From Clostridia bacterium (GTDB lineage: Bacteria; Bacillota; Clostridia; Christensenellales; CAG-138), in the NCBI GenBank assembly GCA_030527115.1, contig JAUNBM010000005.1, positions 1-62,634 of the forward strand: a stretch of 62,634 bases of DNA. The letters are read 5' to 3'. Both the position numbers and the translations under genes were made by a program. Below, in pieces: positions 1 to 8,244 of this stretch. Under the pieces are notes generated by a model, which saw only the letters and a list, made by a program, of their open reading frames with translations, had not been told where the DNA came from and made no database searches. The stretch's first letter is position 1; the number at the start of each line of letters is the position of its first letter.

Positions 1-327
1 ATTTAGGGATTCTTCATCTCATTGTCAGGGTTTTGCTTGCAAAAGTCGGGTTATAACAGAAAAAAGTGGCACATAAATTGTTTTTTCTTCCAAATCCTTA
101 TGATTTTTTTCGAGAAAACCCCGCCTTACGGAACTAACGCCAGAAAGTTTTGGAGCAGGATAGGAGAATAATGGACGAGAAAGGCTATGAAACAGAGGTC
201 GATTGCAACCACTGCACAGGAAATAAGCCGTTCAAAAGAGCCGGCTCCTGTATAATAGCGGCGTACTGATTAAGGCTCGCGCCGTCCTCAGCTAATGCTT
301 TGGGCAGGTTCCTTCGAACTCTGAGCG

Positions 328-510
328 TCAGTTTCTGCTATGCTCTCTTTGAGCTTTGTACTCAGACAGCGTAATGGCTTCGGCTGGGTCTTCCTTTTCC
401 GCTTCTGCAAATGCGGCAAGGTCTTTCTCTGTCGGTTCTTCCGCCTCTATTGCGTTGATTTTTTCAATACGTCTTTCAATTTCTTCTTGTGTCAGCTCTT
501 TGCGTTTCAT
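328..510 (-). CDS. hypothetical small acidic protein (60 aa), last gene of the small-ORF operon
   Basis: ATG is preceded by AGGAGGTG with a 6-nt spacer. The sequence is highly acidic and helical (EEIERRIEKINAIEAEEPTEKDLAAFAEAEKED). No family recognised. Confidence 0.5.
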   Translation of the reverse strand: MKRKELTQEEIERRIEKINAIEAEEPTEKDLAAFAEAEKEDPAEAITLSEYKAQREHSRN

Positions 511-562
511 TTAATTCACCTCCTGTCCTTTCATAATCGAATTGGTTTGTCGGTTTTGATCC

Positions 563-745
563 CTATTCCTTCTTGGTGTTTTCCGTTTTTCTTGTGAGTT
601 TCACAGGTATAATTGCCGAGAACTGACCCGCTTTCTCGTAGCTCACTCCGCATTTCAAGCCACGACTTGCAAATACTTTTTCTATCGCTTGGGATAAGGC
701 TCTTAGCTGCGGTGAAAGACCATCCGGGTACTCTTGTGTTGTCAT
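563..745 (-). CDS. small protein, paralogue A of a triplicated family (60 aa)
   Basis: The track ORF 563..760 was trimmed to the ATG at 745, which has AAGGAG 7 nt upstream. The protein is MTTQEYPDGL...GVSYEKAGQFSAIIPVKLTRKTENTKKE. It is clearly paralogous to 1034..1204 and 1257..1445. Confidence 0.55.
   Translation of the reverse strand: MTTQEYPDGLSPQLRALSQAIEKVFASRGLKCGVSYEKAGQFSAIIPVKLTRKTENTKKE
600..647. repeat. 48-nt stretch identical to 1294..1341, inside paralogues A and C
   Basis: Read directly: ttcacaggtataattgccgagaactgacccgctttctcgtagctcact occurs at both positions. Confidence 0.9.
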
Positions 746-765
746 AGTAATCTCCTTCATTGTTT

Positions 766-930
766 CTAATAAGTCAAAATGAGTTCCGCTATTTCCCTGT
801 CGGGGAGTCCGTTCGCCCTCTCCACTTCTATCGCCCTTTTGGGCAACAGCGATAGTATTTCCTTCACATCCTCGTCCGTGAGGTTGTCTATGTCATATTC
901 CTTCTTCATTACTTTCTGTGGTGTCAACAT
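766..930 (-). CDS. hypothetical small protein (54 aa)
   Basis: The track ORF 766..1050 was trimmed to the ATG at 930, which has AGGAGG 7 nt upstream. The longer version would overlap paralogue B. The protein is MLTPQKVMKKEYDIDNLTDEDVKEILSLLPKRAIEVERANGLPDREIAELILTY. No family recognised. Confidence 0.5.
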   Translation of the reverse strand: MLTPQKVMKKEYDIDNLTDEDVKEILSLLPKRAIEVERANGLPDREIAELILTY

Positions 931-1033
931 TGTTTTTCCTCCTTTACTAGTCCAAGGTGGGGCGGGCGTTTCGTGCGTCGAAATAACCCGTCCCTTTCCG
1001 CAATCAAATTGGTTTGTTTTTCGTGTTCCACGC

Positions 1034-1204
1034 TTAGTCCTTCTTGGCATTTTCCGTTTGCTTCGGAAGTTTCACGCGTATTGTTACCAAGTGCTGACCC
1101 GCTTTCTCGTAGCTCACTCCGCCCTTCCAGCCATAACTTGCAAAGGTTTTCTCTATCGCTTGAACCAAGGAATCGAGATGTTGTTCTTTCTCTTGTGTTG
1201 TCAT
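1034..1204 (-). CDS. small protein, paralogue B of the triplicated family (56 aa, below the ORF-track cutoff)
   Basis: Hand translation gives MTTQEKEQHLDSLVQAIEKTFASYGWKGGVSYEKAGQHLVTIRVKLPKQTENAKKD. It has the same length class and the conserved core VSYEKAGQ...V/I..VK.P.KTEN.KK. Its RBS is weaker than for A and C. Confidence 0.5.
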   Translation of the reverse strand: MTTQEKEQHLDSLVQAIEKTFASYGWKGGVSYEKAGQHLVTIRVKLPKQTENAKKD

Positions 1205-1256
1205 AGTAATCTCATATCCTTTCCTAATAATTGAATTGATTTGTCAGTTTCGATGC

Positions 1257-1445
1257 TTATTCTTTCTTGGTGTGTTCAGTTTTTCTTGGGAACTTCACAG
1301 GTATAATTGCCGAGAACTGACCCGCTTTCTCGTAGCTCACTTTGTATTTCAAGCCACGGCTTGTAAATACTTCCTCTATCGCTTGCATTAAGCGGGCGTG
1401 ATGCTGTATGGCGTCCTGTTGCGTCGGCATTGTTTTTTGTTCCAT
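1257..1445 (-). CDS. small protein, paralogue C of the triplicated family (62 aa)
   Basis: The track ORF 1257..1517 was trimmed to the ATG at 1445, which has AAGGAG 9 nt upstream. The protein is MEQKTMPTQQDAIQHHARLMQAIEEVFTSRGLKYKVSYEKAGQFSAIIPVKFPRKTEHTKKE. Confidence 0.55.
   Translation of the reverse strand: MEQKTMPTQQDAIQHHARLMQAIEEVFTSRGLKYKVSYEKAGQFSAIIPVKFPRKTEHTKKE
1294..1341. repeat. 48-nt stretch identical to 600..647
   Basis: Direct comparison of the two copies. Confidence 0.9.
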
Positions 1446-1479
1446 TTGCTCTTTCTCCTTTTTGAAATTCCACAAAGAG

Positions 1480-1509
1480 CAACAAAACTCCCATCGACTA
1501 CGACGGGAG
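1480..1509 (-). terminator. leader stem-loop with U-tract (attenuator or short-RNA terminator candidate)
   Basis: The minus strand reads CTCCCGTCG-tagt-CGATGGGAG: a 9-bp stem with one G:U pair, followed by TTTTGTTG. It lies between the promoter at 1617-1645 and the first small ORF. Confidence 0.35.
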
Positions 1510-1616
1510 CTAATCAATTTCTGTTACACCCATCGTTCAAGCTTTGGCACCTTGCAAAAAGCAGGTTGTCGTGCGGTCATCGAGCTTGTCTCTCGCGCAC
1601 TCTTTATGGTGATTTC

Positions 1617-1645
1617 ATTATACGGGATTTTATTGACGTTGTCAA
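1617..1645 (-). promoter_or_regulatory. sigma-A type promoter for the small-ORF operon
   Basis: The minus strand reads TTGACA (1645..1640), a 17-nt spacer, then TATAAT (1622..1617). This matches the consensus exactly. Confidence 0.6.
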
Positions 1646-1656
1646 CGGTTTTTTAG

Positions 1657-2871
1657 CTATTGTTGTAGCCTCAGGCTCTTTTCGGTCTGCCTGTCAAAGA
1701 GATGCACCTTGCTTAGATCCACGACGAAGCTCACCGAGCTATTGCGGGCGAGGCTAAGGTTGCCCTTTATGCTCGCGGTTATCGCCGTTGGCGACTGCTC
1801 GAGCGATTCGCTCGCGTTTTGATTCAGGTCGGCATAGATAATGGTTTCGCTTCCCAAAGCTTCGACAACCTCGACGCGGCAAGCTATGCTCGAACCGTAA
1901 GCCGGACTATCGCTAAGCTGTAAATCGCTGGGTCGTATGCCCATGATTATATCGAGTCCGCTTCCGATTGCATCCGTATCGAAGCGGGCGAGAACGCTTT
2001 TAGGCAGGTTTATAACCTGATCGTTGGCGAAGCTTATCGTGCCGTCGGGCATTATTCGCCCTTCAAAGAAGTTCATCTGCGGAGTGCCGATAAAGCTTGC
2101 GACAAAGACGTTTTCAGGCTCGTCAAACAGGCGCTGTGGCGCGCCGATTTGCTGGATAAACCCGTCCTTCATCACGACTATGCGGGTGCCCATCGTCATC
2201 GCTTCAACCTGGTCGTGGGTAACATAGATGAAGGTCGCGCCCAACCGCTCATGGAGCTTGATTATCTCCGCGCGCATTGCCGCCCGAAGTTTGGCGTCGA
2301 GGTTGGACAGCGGCTCGTCGAGCAAAAACACCTTGGGCTTGCGAACTATGGTTCTCCCCAGAGCTACGCGCTGGCGTTGACCGCCGGATAACGCCTTGGG
2401 CTTTCTGTCGAGATATTCCTCTATCGCAAGTATCCTCGCCGCCTCCCTCACCTTCTCGTCTATCTCCTTTTTGGTGAGCTTGCGCTTTATCTTAACTTCC
2501 TTGCCGTTTCTGTCCTTTTTGACATCGTCCACCCGTCGCAGTTTCAGCCCGAACGCCATGTTGTCATAGACGGTCATATGCGGATAGAGGGCGTAGTTTT
2601 GAAACACCATGGCTATATCCCTGTCCTTTGGCTCGACGTCGTTGACGAGCTTGTCGTCTATATAGATTTCCCCGTCGGTTATCTGTTCAAGTCCGGCTAT
2701 CATGCGCAGGGTCGTGCTCTTGCCACAGCCCGACGGCCCTACGAACACGATGAACTCCCTATCCTCTATCTCCATGCAAAAGTCCGACACGGCGGGCTTG
2801 ACTTCGGCTTTTTTTCTACCTTCCGCATTGTCGTAGACCTTATATACATTCTTTAGCGTAACTGTTGCCAT
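1657..2871 (-). CDS. sugar ABC transporter ATP-binding protein (MalK/MsmK/MsmX type)
   Basis: Walker A GPSGCGKST, signature LSGGQRQR, Walker B FLLDEPLSNLD, H-loop THD, and a C-terminal regulatory/TOBE-like domain. It is the last gene of the sugar operon. Confidence 0.92.
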   Translation of the reverse strand: MATVTLKNVYKVYDNAEGRKKAEVKPAVSDFCMEIEDREFIVFVGPSGCGKSTTLRMIAGLEQITDGEIYIDDKLVNDVEPKDRDIAMVFQNYALYPHMTVYDNMAFGLKLRRVDDVKKDRNGKEVKIKRKLTKKEIDEKVREAARILAIEEYLDRKPKALSGGQRQRVALGRTIVRKPKVFLLDEPLSNLDAKLRAAMRAEIIKLHERLGATFIYVTHDQVEAMTMGTRIVVMKDGFIQQIGAPQRLFDEPENVFVASFIGTPQMNFFEGRIMPDGTISFANDQVINLPKSVLARFDTDAIGSGLDIIMGIRPSDLQLSDSPAYGSSIACRVEVVEALGSETIIYADLNQNASESLEQSPTAITASIKGNLSLARNSSVSFVVDLSKVHLFDRQTEKSLRLQQ

Positions 2872-2883
2872 CTGTTTTCTCCT

Positions 2884-3726
2884 TTACTGTTTTACTGCTC
2901 CCGCCGACATTCCGCTGACTAAAAATTTGGACAGCAAGAAATACAGCACTATTATCGGGACGGCGATAAATATCGAGCCTGCGGCAAAGCGCGAGAACTC
3001 GGTTTCACCGAGCGACATCAGCCCGACCGCCACGGTGTACAAGTCCTTATCCTTTAGCAAAAGACTTGGCAGGATAAAGTCGCTCCACGGCCACACAAAC
3101 TGGGACAGAAGCGTATAGACTATCATAGGTTTTGCCATCGGCAGGGTTATCTTTACAAATACCTGCGCGTTGCTCGCCCCGTCTATTCGCGCCGCCTCGT
3201 CTATCGAGTTTGGAATCGTGTCGAAAAAGCCCTTTTGCGTCATATAACCCATAGGCGCGCCCGCGGCATAGATCAAAATCAAGCCCCAATGCTGGTTGAC
3301 AAGATTGAACTGCGTCATAAGCAGGTAGACCGCGGTCATCGTCATAAACGAGGGGAACATTCCCAGCACAAGCGTGGTTTTCATCAGCGTCTTGCGGCTC
3401 TTGAACCTGAACCTCGACATACAATAGGCGGTGAGTATCGTTAAAAAGGTTCCTAAGAGCGCGCTCATCGTTGCGATGAACAGGGTGTTTAAAAACCATT
3501 GCGGGTAGTTGTACATAACCGTGTCGTTGAACAGCTTGTTGAAGCTGTCGAACGAAAATGCCGTGGGGAAGAAGCCATCGAAGCTGTATATGCTTCCCGA
3601 ACGGCTGAAGCTCGCGAGCGTCAGCCATAGAATCGGAAAAAGAAATACGAAGCTCACCGCAAGTATGATGAGGTAGGTAATTCCTGTGTCGAACAGCTTT
3701 TTGGGCTGGAGTTTTAGCTTTTTCAT
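2884..3726 (-). CDS. carbohydrate ABC transporter permease (MalG-like)
   Basis: Multi-TM protein with the EAA-type loop IDEAARIDGAS. It overlaps the upstream permease gene by 4 nt. Confidence 0.9.
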   Translation of the reverse strand: MKKLKLQPKKLFDTGITYLIILAVSFVFLFPILWLTLASFSRSGSIYSFDGFFPTAFSFDSFNKLFNDTVMYNYPQWFLNTLFIATMSALLGTFLTILTAYCMSRFRFKSRKTLMKTTLVLGMFPSFMTMTAVYLLMTQFNLVNQHWGLILIYAAGAPMGYMTQKGFFDTIPNSIDEAARIDGASNAQVFVKITLPMAKPMIVYTLLSQFVWPWSDFILPSLLLKDKDLYTVAVGLMSLGETEFSRFAAGSIFIAVPIIVLYFLLSKFLVSGMSAGAVKQ

Positions 3727-5063
3727 TTGTAGGTATCCTCCTGCTTATAGCTTGCCGACGATTTATACACCGCTATCGAGATCACCGAGGTTATGATGAA
3801 GATGATTATGCTTATCGTCGCTCCAATGCTGTAATAGTTGTTGTCTATGGACAGGTTGAACAGCCAGTTTATCAGCAAATCGGTGTCGCTCGCCAAGAAG
3901 TAGCCGTCCATGTACAGCCCTCCGCGCAAAAAGTAGAATATGCCGAAGTTGTTGAAGTTGGCGATAAACTGCCCTATAAGCACGGGCGTGGTTGCAAACA
4001 CCACAAACGGCAGGGTAATCTTGGTAAACTGCTTGAACGGGCTTGCCCCGTCTATGCGCGCCGCCTCGTAAAGGTCGTTGTTCATGTTCGACAGTATGCC
4101 GGTTGCAAGCAGCATCGACGAGGGAATTGTCAGCCAGGCGTTGACAAACAGCCCGATAATACGGCTCGACCACTTTGCGTCTATGCCCAAAAACCCTATC
4201 GCCGTGCCGCCGCCATCCACTATCATCTGATTTATCGGGCCGCCGTAGGAGAACATGAACCTAAACGCCAAGAGCGTGATAAAGCCCGGCACAGCATAGG
4301 CAAGTATCGGAAAGAGCCGCCAAAACGCCTTGCCCTTGACGCATTTTTTGTTGTACAAGAGGGCGAGCCCCAAGCCCGCGAAGTAGTTCAGCGCGGTGGA
4401 GGCAATAGCCCAGGTGAAGTTCCAGCCGAGAATCTTGAAAAAGGTCGGCGCAAACTGCGACAGGGTTACTATCCTCCCGAAGTTGGACAAGCCCACCCAG
4501 TCCACCAATTCCGGCGGAATGATGTTGCCGCCGTAGTTCGTGAACGCAATCAGCATCATGAAGATTATCGGGATTACGCAAAAGACGGATACGCCCAAGA
4601 TAGGCAGGGTCAGCGCCGTCATATGGAAGTTGGAATCCAACAGCCCCTTTAACTCGCTTTTGAAGGGTCTTATCGCCCGTCCGCTTTCGAGCCTCTTTTG
4701 CGTCTTGTAGGCGTCCTTGATGTTGAGCCAATATATGGCGAGATACACCGCAAGCACTATGAAGGCGAATATGCCCATAATCAGCATCATCACGGAGTTG
4801 TCGCCCTCCGTCCCGTACCACGGGTTAGCCTCCACCGAGCCTAAGGTGAAAAAGCCCGCTATCGCCCCCGCCCCGTACAGCACGAAGAAGGCAACAAGCC
4901 CTATTTGTGCAAGCAGGAACAATAAGCCCTTCGCCCACTGACGGTACATGAGCTGGCCCGCGCCCATGCACAGCGCCGAAGCAAAGACGTTTTTGTTGCC
5001 CTCTTTGAGAATCTTGACAAGAACGGGGGTCTGCTTTTTCGGCTTTGTCTTAATCTTTTTCAT
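3723..5063 (-). CDS. carbohydrate ABC transporter permease (MalF-like, long N-terminus)
   Basis: Multi-TM protein with the EAA loop LYEAARIDGASPFKQF. Operon context supports the call. Confidence 0.9.
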   Translation of the reverse strand: MKKIKTKPKKQTPVLVKILKEGNKNVFASALCMGAGQLMYRQWAKGLLFLLAQIGLVAFFVLYGAGAIAGFFTLGSVEANPWYGTEGDNSVMMLIMGIFAFIVLAVYLAIYWLNIKDAYKTQKRLESGRAIRPFKSELKGLLDSNFHMTALTLPILGVSVFCVIPIIFMMLIAFTNYGGNIIPPELVDWVGLSNFGRIVTLSQFAPTFFKILGWNFTWAIASTALNYFAGLGLALLYNKKCVKGKAFWRLFPILAYAVPGFITLLAFRFMFSYGGPINQMIVDGGGTAIGFLGIDAKWSSRIIGLFVNAWLTIPSSMLLATGILSNMNNDLYEAARIDGASPFKQFTKITLPFVVFATTPVLIGQFIANFNNFGIFYFLRGGLYMDGYFLASDTDLLINWLFNLSIDNNYYSIGATISIIIFIITSVISIAVYKSSASYKQEDTYK

Positions 5064-5071
5064 CTATCCTC

Positions 5072-6496
5072 CTATTCCTGCAACGTAAAGATTGCATCGT
5101 AAATCTGTTGGTCGACGTTTTGCAAAGCGGTCTTTATGGCTTCGAGGCTTGCATACTTTACCTCGTTCTCCGCCCTGTATGCGTCCTGCGCAACGTCGGT
5201 AAAGAAAGTCTGCAAGGGCGTCCACATCTGCGCATTCTCCTTTATCGAGGGCATGACTATTATGTTCCCCTCCTCCAAACTCCTGTTTATAACGAGCGCT
5301 AAACCGCCAACCTCCAAGACCGTATCATTCCGCGCCGGAACGACGCCTAACATCTCGCTTCGCAATTTCATCATCTCATAGGAGGTGGCAAAGTTGACAA
5401 AGGCAAGGCAGGCGTTGGGGGCTTTGGTATAACTGCTTATCGCATAGCCGTTCACGCCGCCCATCATCTTGCTGTCGATAAGTTCGGGATTTCCCTCGGA
5501 GAGATCGCCGGAGGCGGGCAATTTGGGAATCGAGGTCACAACGAGGTTTTCGACCGCCTCCTCCCGCGTCATACCCTCGGCTACCATCTCGTCGATGAAA
5601 AGGGTGTACACGTCGGGGGTAGTCATCGTTGCAAAGTAGTCGCCCCGCGCCAAGCGGTTGTAGGCGTTGACCGTAATGGTGTCGTCAATGCACCACTCGT
5701 TCATTATGCTCGCGAGCTGTCTTATCACCCAGCCGCCGAGTTCGGAGTCGCCCGCGCTGTAACCTATGTCGGAGGGGTCGGTATTGTTGTTTCCAAAGGA
5801 ATACGCCCCGTAGCTGTAAAGGTAGCCCACCGCGAAGTACGGGTCGAAGAGCGATTTCATATAACCGAAGGTTTCGTTGCCCTGGCTTTTGCGCCACAAT
5901 GAAAAGGCGTACATATCGTTCCAGTTCTCGACCATGTCCGGCACGCCGTTTTTGTCGTCGTCCCAGTCCTCCTCCCAGTTGTCGGGCAATAAATCCTTGC
6001 GGTAGTAGAGCAGCGGCCCCTGAACATTGACCGGCACGCCGAAAATGTACTCCTGTCCGCTGACCTCGGTGGTGTAAGCCTCCCATGCGCTCTCGCTAAT
6101 CTCGGAGTAGCAGTCCAGCTGCTCTACCGGAATCGGCTGAATGTGCCGCCCTGCTACATAGCGCATGATCCTGTCGTTTGCCTGATACAGCACGTCAGGC
6201 CCATAGCCGTAAGGGCCGTCGTTTTCGAGGTCGGAATATTGATCCATGTTGGCGTCCACAGCCACTATGCCGTACTCGGCATACTCGGCGTTGAAGGCGT
6301 CCAACAGCTCCTGCAGATAGCCCTGCTCCTTTGCCGTGTCGTTCTCCAAAATACGGATAACCACGTTGCGTTCCAGCTCGCCGGTAAACTGCGCCTGCCC
6401 CTCCTGCTCCACCGTGCCGCTTGCTGAGCCAAGCACGGCTATAATCGCAATCAGGATTGCCATGTGCAATGAAACGGCGATAATCGTCTTTTTCAT
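5072..6496 (-). CDS. extracellular sugar-binding protein of the ABC transporter (maltodextrin-type family 1 SBP)
   Basis: N-terminal hydrophobic signal or anchor, with the size and composition of a family-1 SBP. Its start overlaps the GH13 stop (ATGA). Confidence 0.8.
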   Translation of the reverse strand: MKKTIIAVSLHMAILIAIIAVLGSASGTVEQEGQAQFTGELERNVVIRILENDTAKEQGYLQELLDAFNAEYAEYGIVAVDANMDQYSDLENDGPYGYGPDVLYQANDRIMRYVAGRHIQPIPVEQLDCYSEISESAWEAYTTEVSGQEYIFGVPVNVQGPLLYYRKDLLPDNWEEDWDDDKNGVPDMVENWNDMYAFSLWRKSQGNETFGYMKSLFDPYFAVGYLYSYGAYSFGNNNTDPSDIGYSAGDSELGGWVIRQLASIMNEWCIDDTITVNAYNRLARGDYFATMTTPDVYTLFIDEMVAEGMTREEAVENLVVTSIPKLPASGDLSEGNPELIDSKMMGGVNGYAISSYTKAPNACLAFVNFATSYEMMKLRSEMLGVVPARNDTVLEVGGLALVINRSLEEGNIIVMPSIKENAQMWTPLQTFFTDVAQDAYRAENEVKYASLEAIKTALQNVDQQIYDAIFTLQE

Positions 6497-8187
6497 CTGC
6501 TCGCCTCCTCTATCACAAAGCCTGTTCCAAAGAATGCTCCGTCGCGGTAATTATGCGATAAAAGAACATTTCTCGCTTTATACGCGGCCTTATCGCCGTT
6601 GTTTATCGTTAGCCTTATCGTCTGCCCCTCCGTCTGCCGCTCCATCACAAACAGGGTATCACAGCTTCGATAGGCAATCGCTCCGGCCTTCACCGCGTCA
6701 AGCTGTTTCAGCGGCGAAAGCCTTCTTATCAGCTCGCTCACCGCGGTAGGGGCTTTTTTCGCCTCCCAGTCCATCGTGCGCCTGCAATCGGGGTCGTAGC
6801 CGCCTTCAAGCGGAACCTCGGTGCCGTAATAGACGCAAACCGAACCCGTATGGCAGAAAAGGAGCGCAAGCGCACATAGCAGTTTGTCGAGGTTTTTGTT
6901 CACTACGGTAAAGAACCTGTCGGTGTCATGGCTGTCTAAGAGATTCAGCATCATCGCATTCGCGGTCGAATTGTTCCTCATATACAGCGCCGAAAGCCGC
7001 TCCGCAAGTCCCTTTGAGCTTAGACTGCCGTTTGCAAAGTAGTCCATTAGCGCCTTCGTCACGGCATAGTTCATTATACCGTCGTATTGGTCGCCCTGCA
7101 AATACACGCTGGCATCGTGCCAGTTCTCACCGATGATCACGGCGTCGGGCTTTAGCGCCTTGACCTTTCTTCTGAACCTGCGCCAAAAATCGTGCGAAAC
7201 CTCGTCCGAAACGTCCAGTCGCCAGCCGTCTATGTCATACTTCTCTATCCAATGCGTTGCAATGTCTATCAAAAAATCCTGTGCATCGGAGCAGGAGGTA
7301 TTGAACTTCGGCATATACTTGCAAACTCCGAAGTGCTGATAATTCGGCTTTCTCCTGTCGACCGTTTTGCCGTCTATGATGAACCAGTCGTAGTAGGGCG
7401 ATTCCTTCCCATGTTGCCTCACATCCAAAAACTGCGGAAGCTTTTCGCTGCAATGATTGAACACCGCGTCCAAAACCACCCTTATCCCCCTTTTATGGCA
7501 TTCGCTCATAAGGAGGGCAAAGTCCTCGTTTGTACCAAAGTGGGGGTCGATGTTGTAATAGTCGTAGATGTCGTATTTGTGGTTGGAGTCGGAGCAGAAC
7601 ACGGGGGTTAGGTAGAGGGCGTTTATGCCGAGGTTTTTAAGATAGTCGAGCTTTGAAATAATGCCCTGCAAGTCGCCGCCCGCATAGCTTTTGGCGTTGG
7701 GTATCTCGCCCCAGTTCAGATTGACGTAAGCTTTGTTTCCCCTGCCCGAATTGCAGAACCTGTCCACGAATATCTCATAGAACACCGCGTTGGTAAGCCA
7801 GTCGACCCGCCGCATTATATCCGCCCTGTTGATAAACGGAAGCTGGAACGAGTTGAAGTAGGCAAACTTGAAGTCGTAATCATTAGTTACTCCGTCCTCG
7901 CAGTAATAGAGGACTTCTTCGCCGCATACGAGCCGGAATATATAGACAAGGCGTACATCGTTGAGCGTCAGGCGGGCGCAATAGTAGCCGAAAGTGCCGT
8001 CGCAGAATTTCAGCGTAAGCGGGTGGCTTTGCTGTTTTTCATAGTAATCATATTTGTTGCCGTAGATTATTTCCACCGCGTCGAATCTGTCCTCCGATGA
8101 AACGCGCAAAACGATTTCCACCGTCTTGTCGTCCACGGCGTAGCAGTATTTGCTGTCGGGTATATGTAAAATCGCCCGTTTATCCAT
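6493..8187 (-). CDS. intracellular GH13 alpha-glucosidase/neopullulanase/cyclomaltodextrinase-type enzyme
   Basis: GH13 conserved regions are present: DAVFNHCS, GWRLDVSDEV, IIGENWHD, LLDSHDTDR. It has the N-terminal domain typical of the neopullulanase subgroup and no signal peptide. Confidence 0.9.
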   Translation of the reverse strand: MDKRAILHIPDSKYCYAVDDKTVEIVLRVSSEDRFDAVEIIYGNKYDYYEKQQSHPLTLKFCDGTFGYYCARLTLNDVRLVYIFRLVCGEEVLYYCEDGVTNDYDFKFAYFNSFQLPFINRADIMRRVDWLTNAVFYEIFVDRFCNSGRGNKAYVNLNWGEIPNAKSYAGGDLQGIISKLDYLKNLGINALYLTPVFCSDSNHKYDIYDYYNIDPHFGTNEDFALLMSECHKRGIRVVLDAVFNHCSEKLPQFLDVRQHGKESPYYDWFIIDGKTVDRRKPNYQHFGVCKYMPKFNTSCSDAQDFLIDIATHWIEKYDIDGWRLDVSDEVSHDFWRRFRRKVKALKPDAVIIGENWHDASVYLQGDQYDGIMNYAVTKALMDYFANGSLSSKGLAERLSALYMRNNSTANAMMLNLLDSHDTDRFFTVVNKNLDKLLCALALLFCHTGSVCVYYGTEVPLEGGYDPDCRRTMDWEAKKAPTAVSELIRRLSPLKQLDAVKAGAIAYRSCDTLFVMERQTEGQTIRLTINNGDKAAYKARNVLLSHNYRDGAFFGTGFVIEEASR

Positions 8188-8244
8188 TCATTTCTCCTCC
8201 AAACTTGACACGCCGACATGATATATAGTAGAATCAAAAATACT

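Noticed and set aside
171-269. 32-aa plus-strand mini-ORF (MDEKGYETEVDCNHCTGNKPFKRAGSCIIAAY) with an AGGAG RBS
   Set aside because: It is too short to support and overlaps the antisense RHH-like reading frame at 184-330. It has no partner genes. I am noting it only because of the CxxC and the RBS.
1623-1650. Hairpin TTGAC-gtt-GTCAA plus T-run read on the plus strand as a terminator
   Set aside because: No plus-strand gene ends here. The same bases form the -35 region of the minus-strand promoter, which explains them better.
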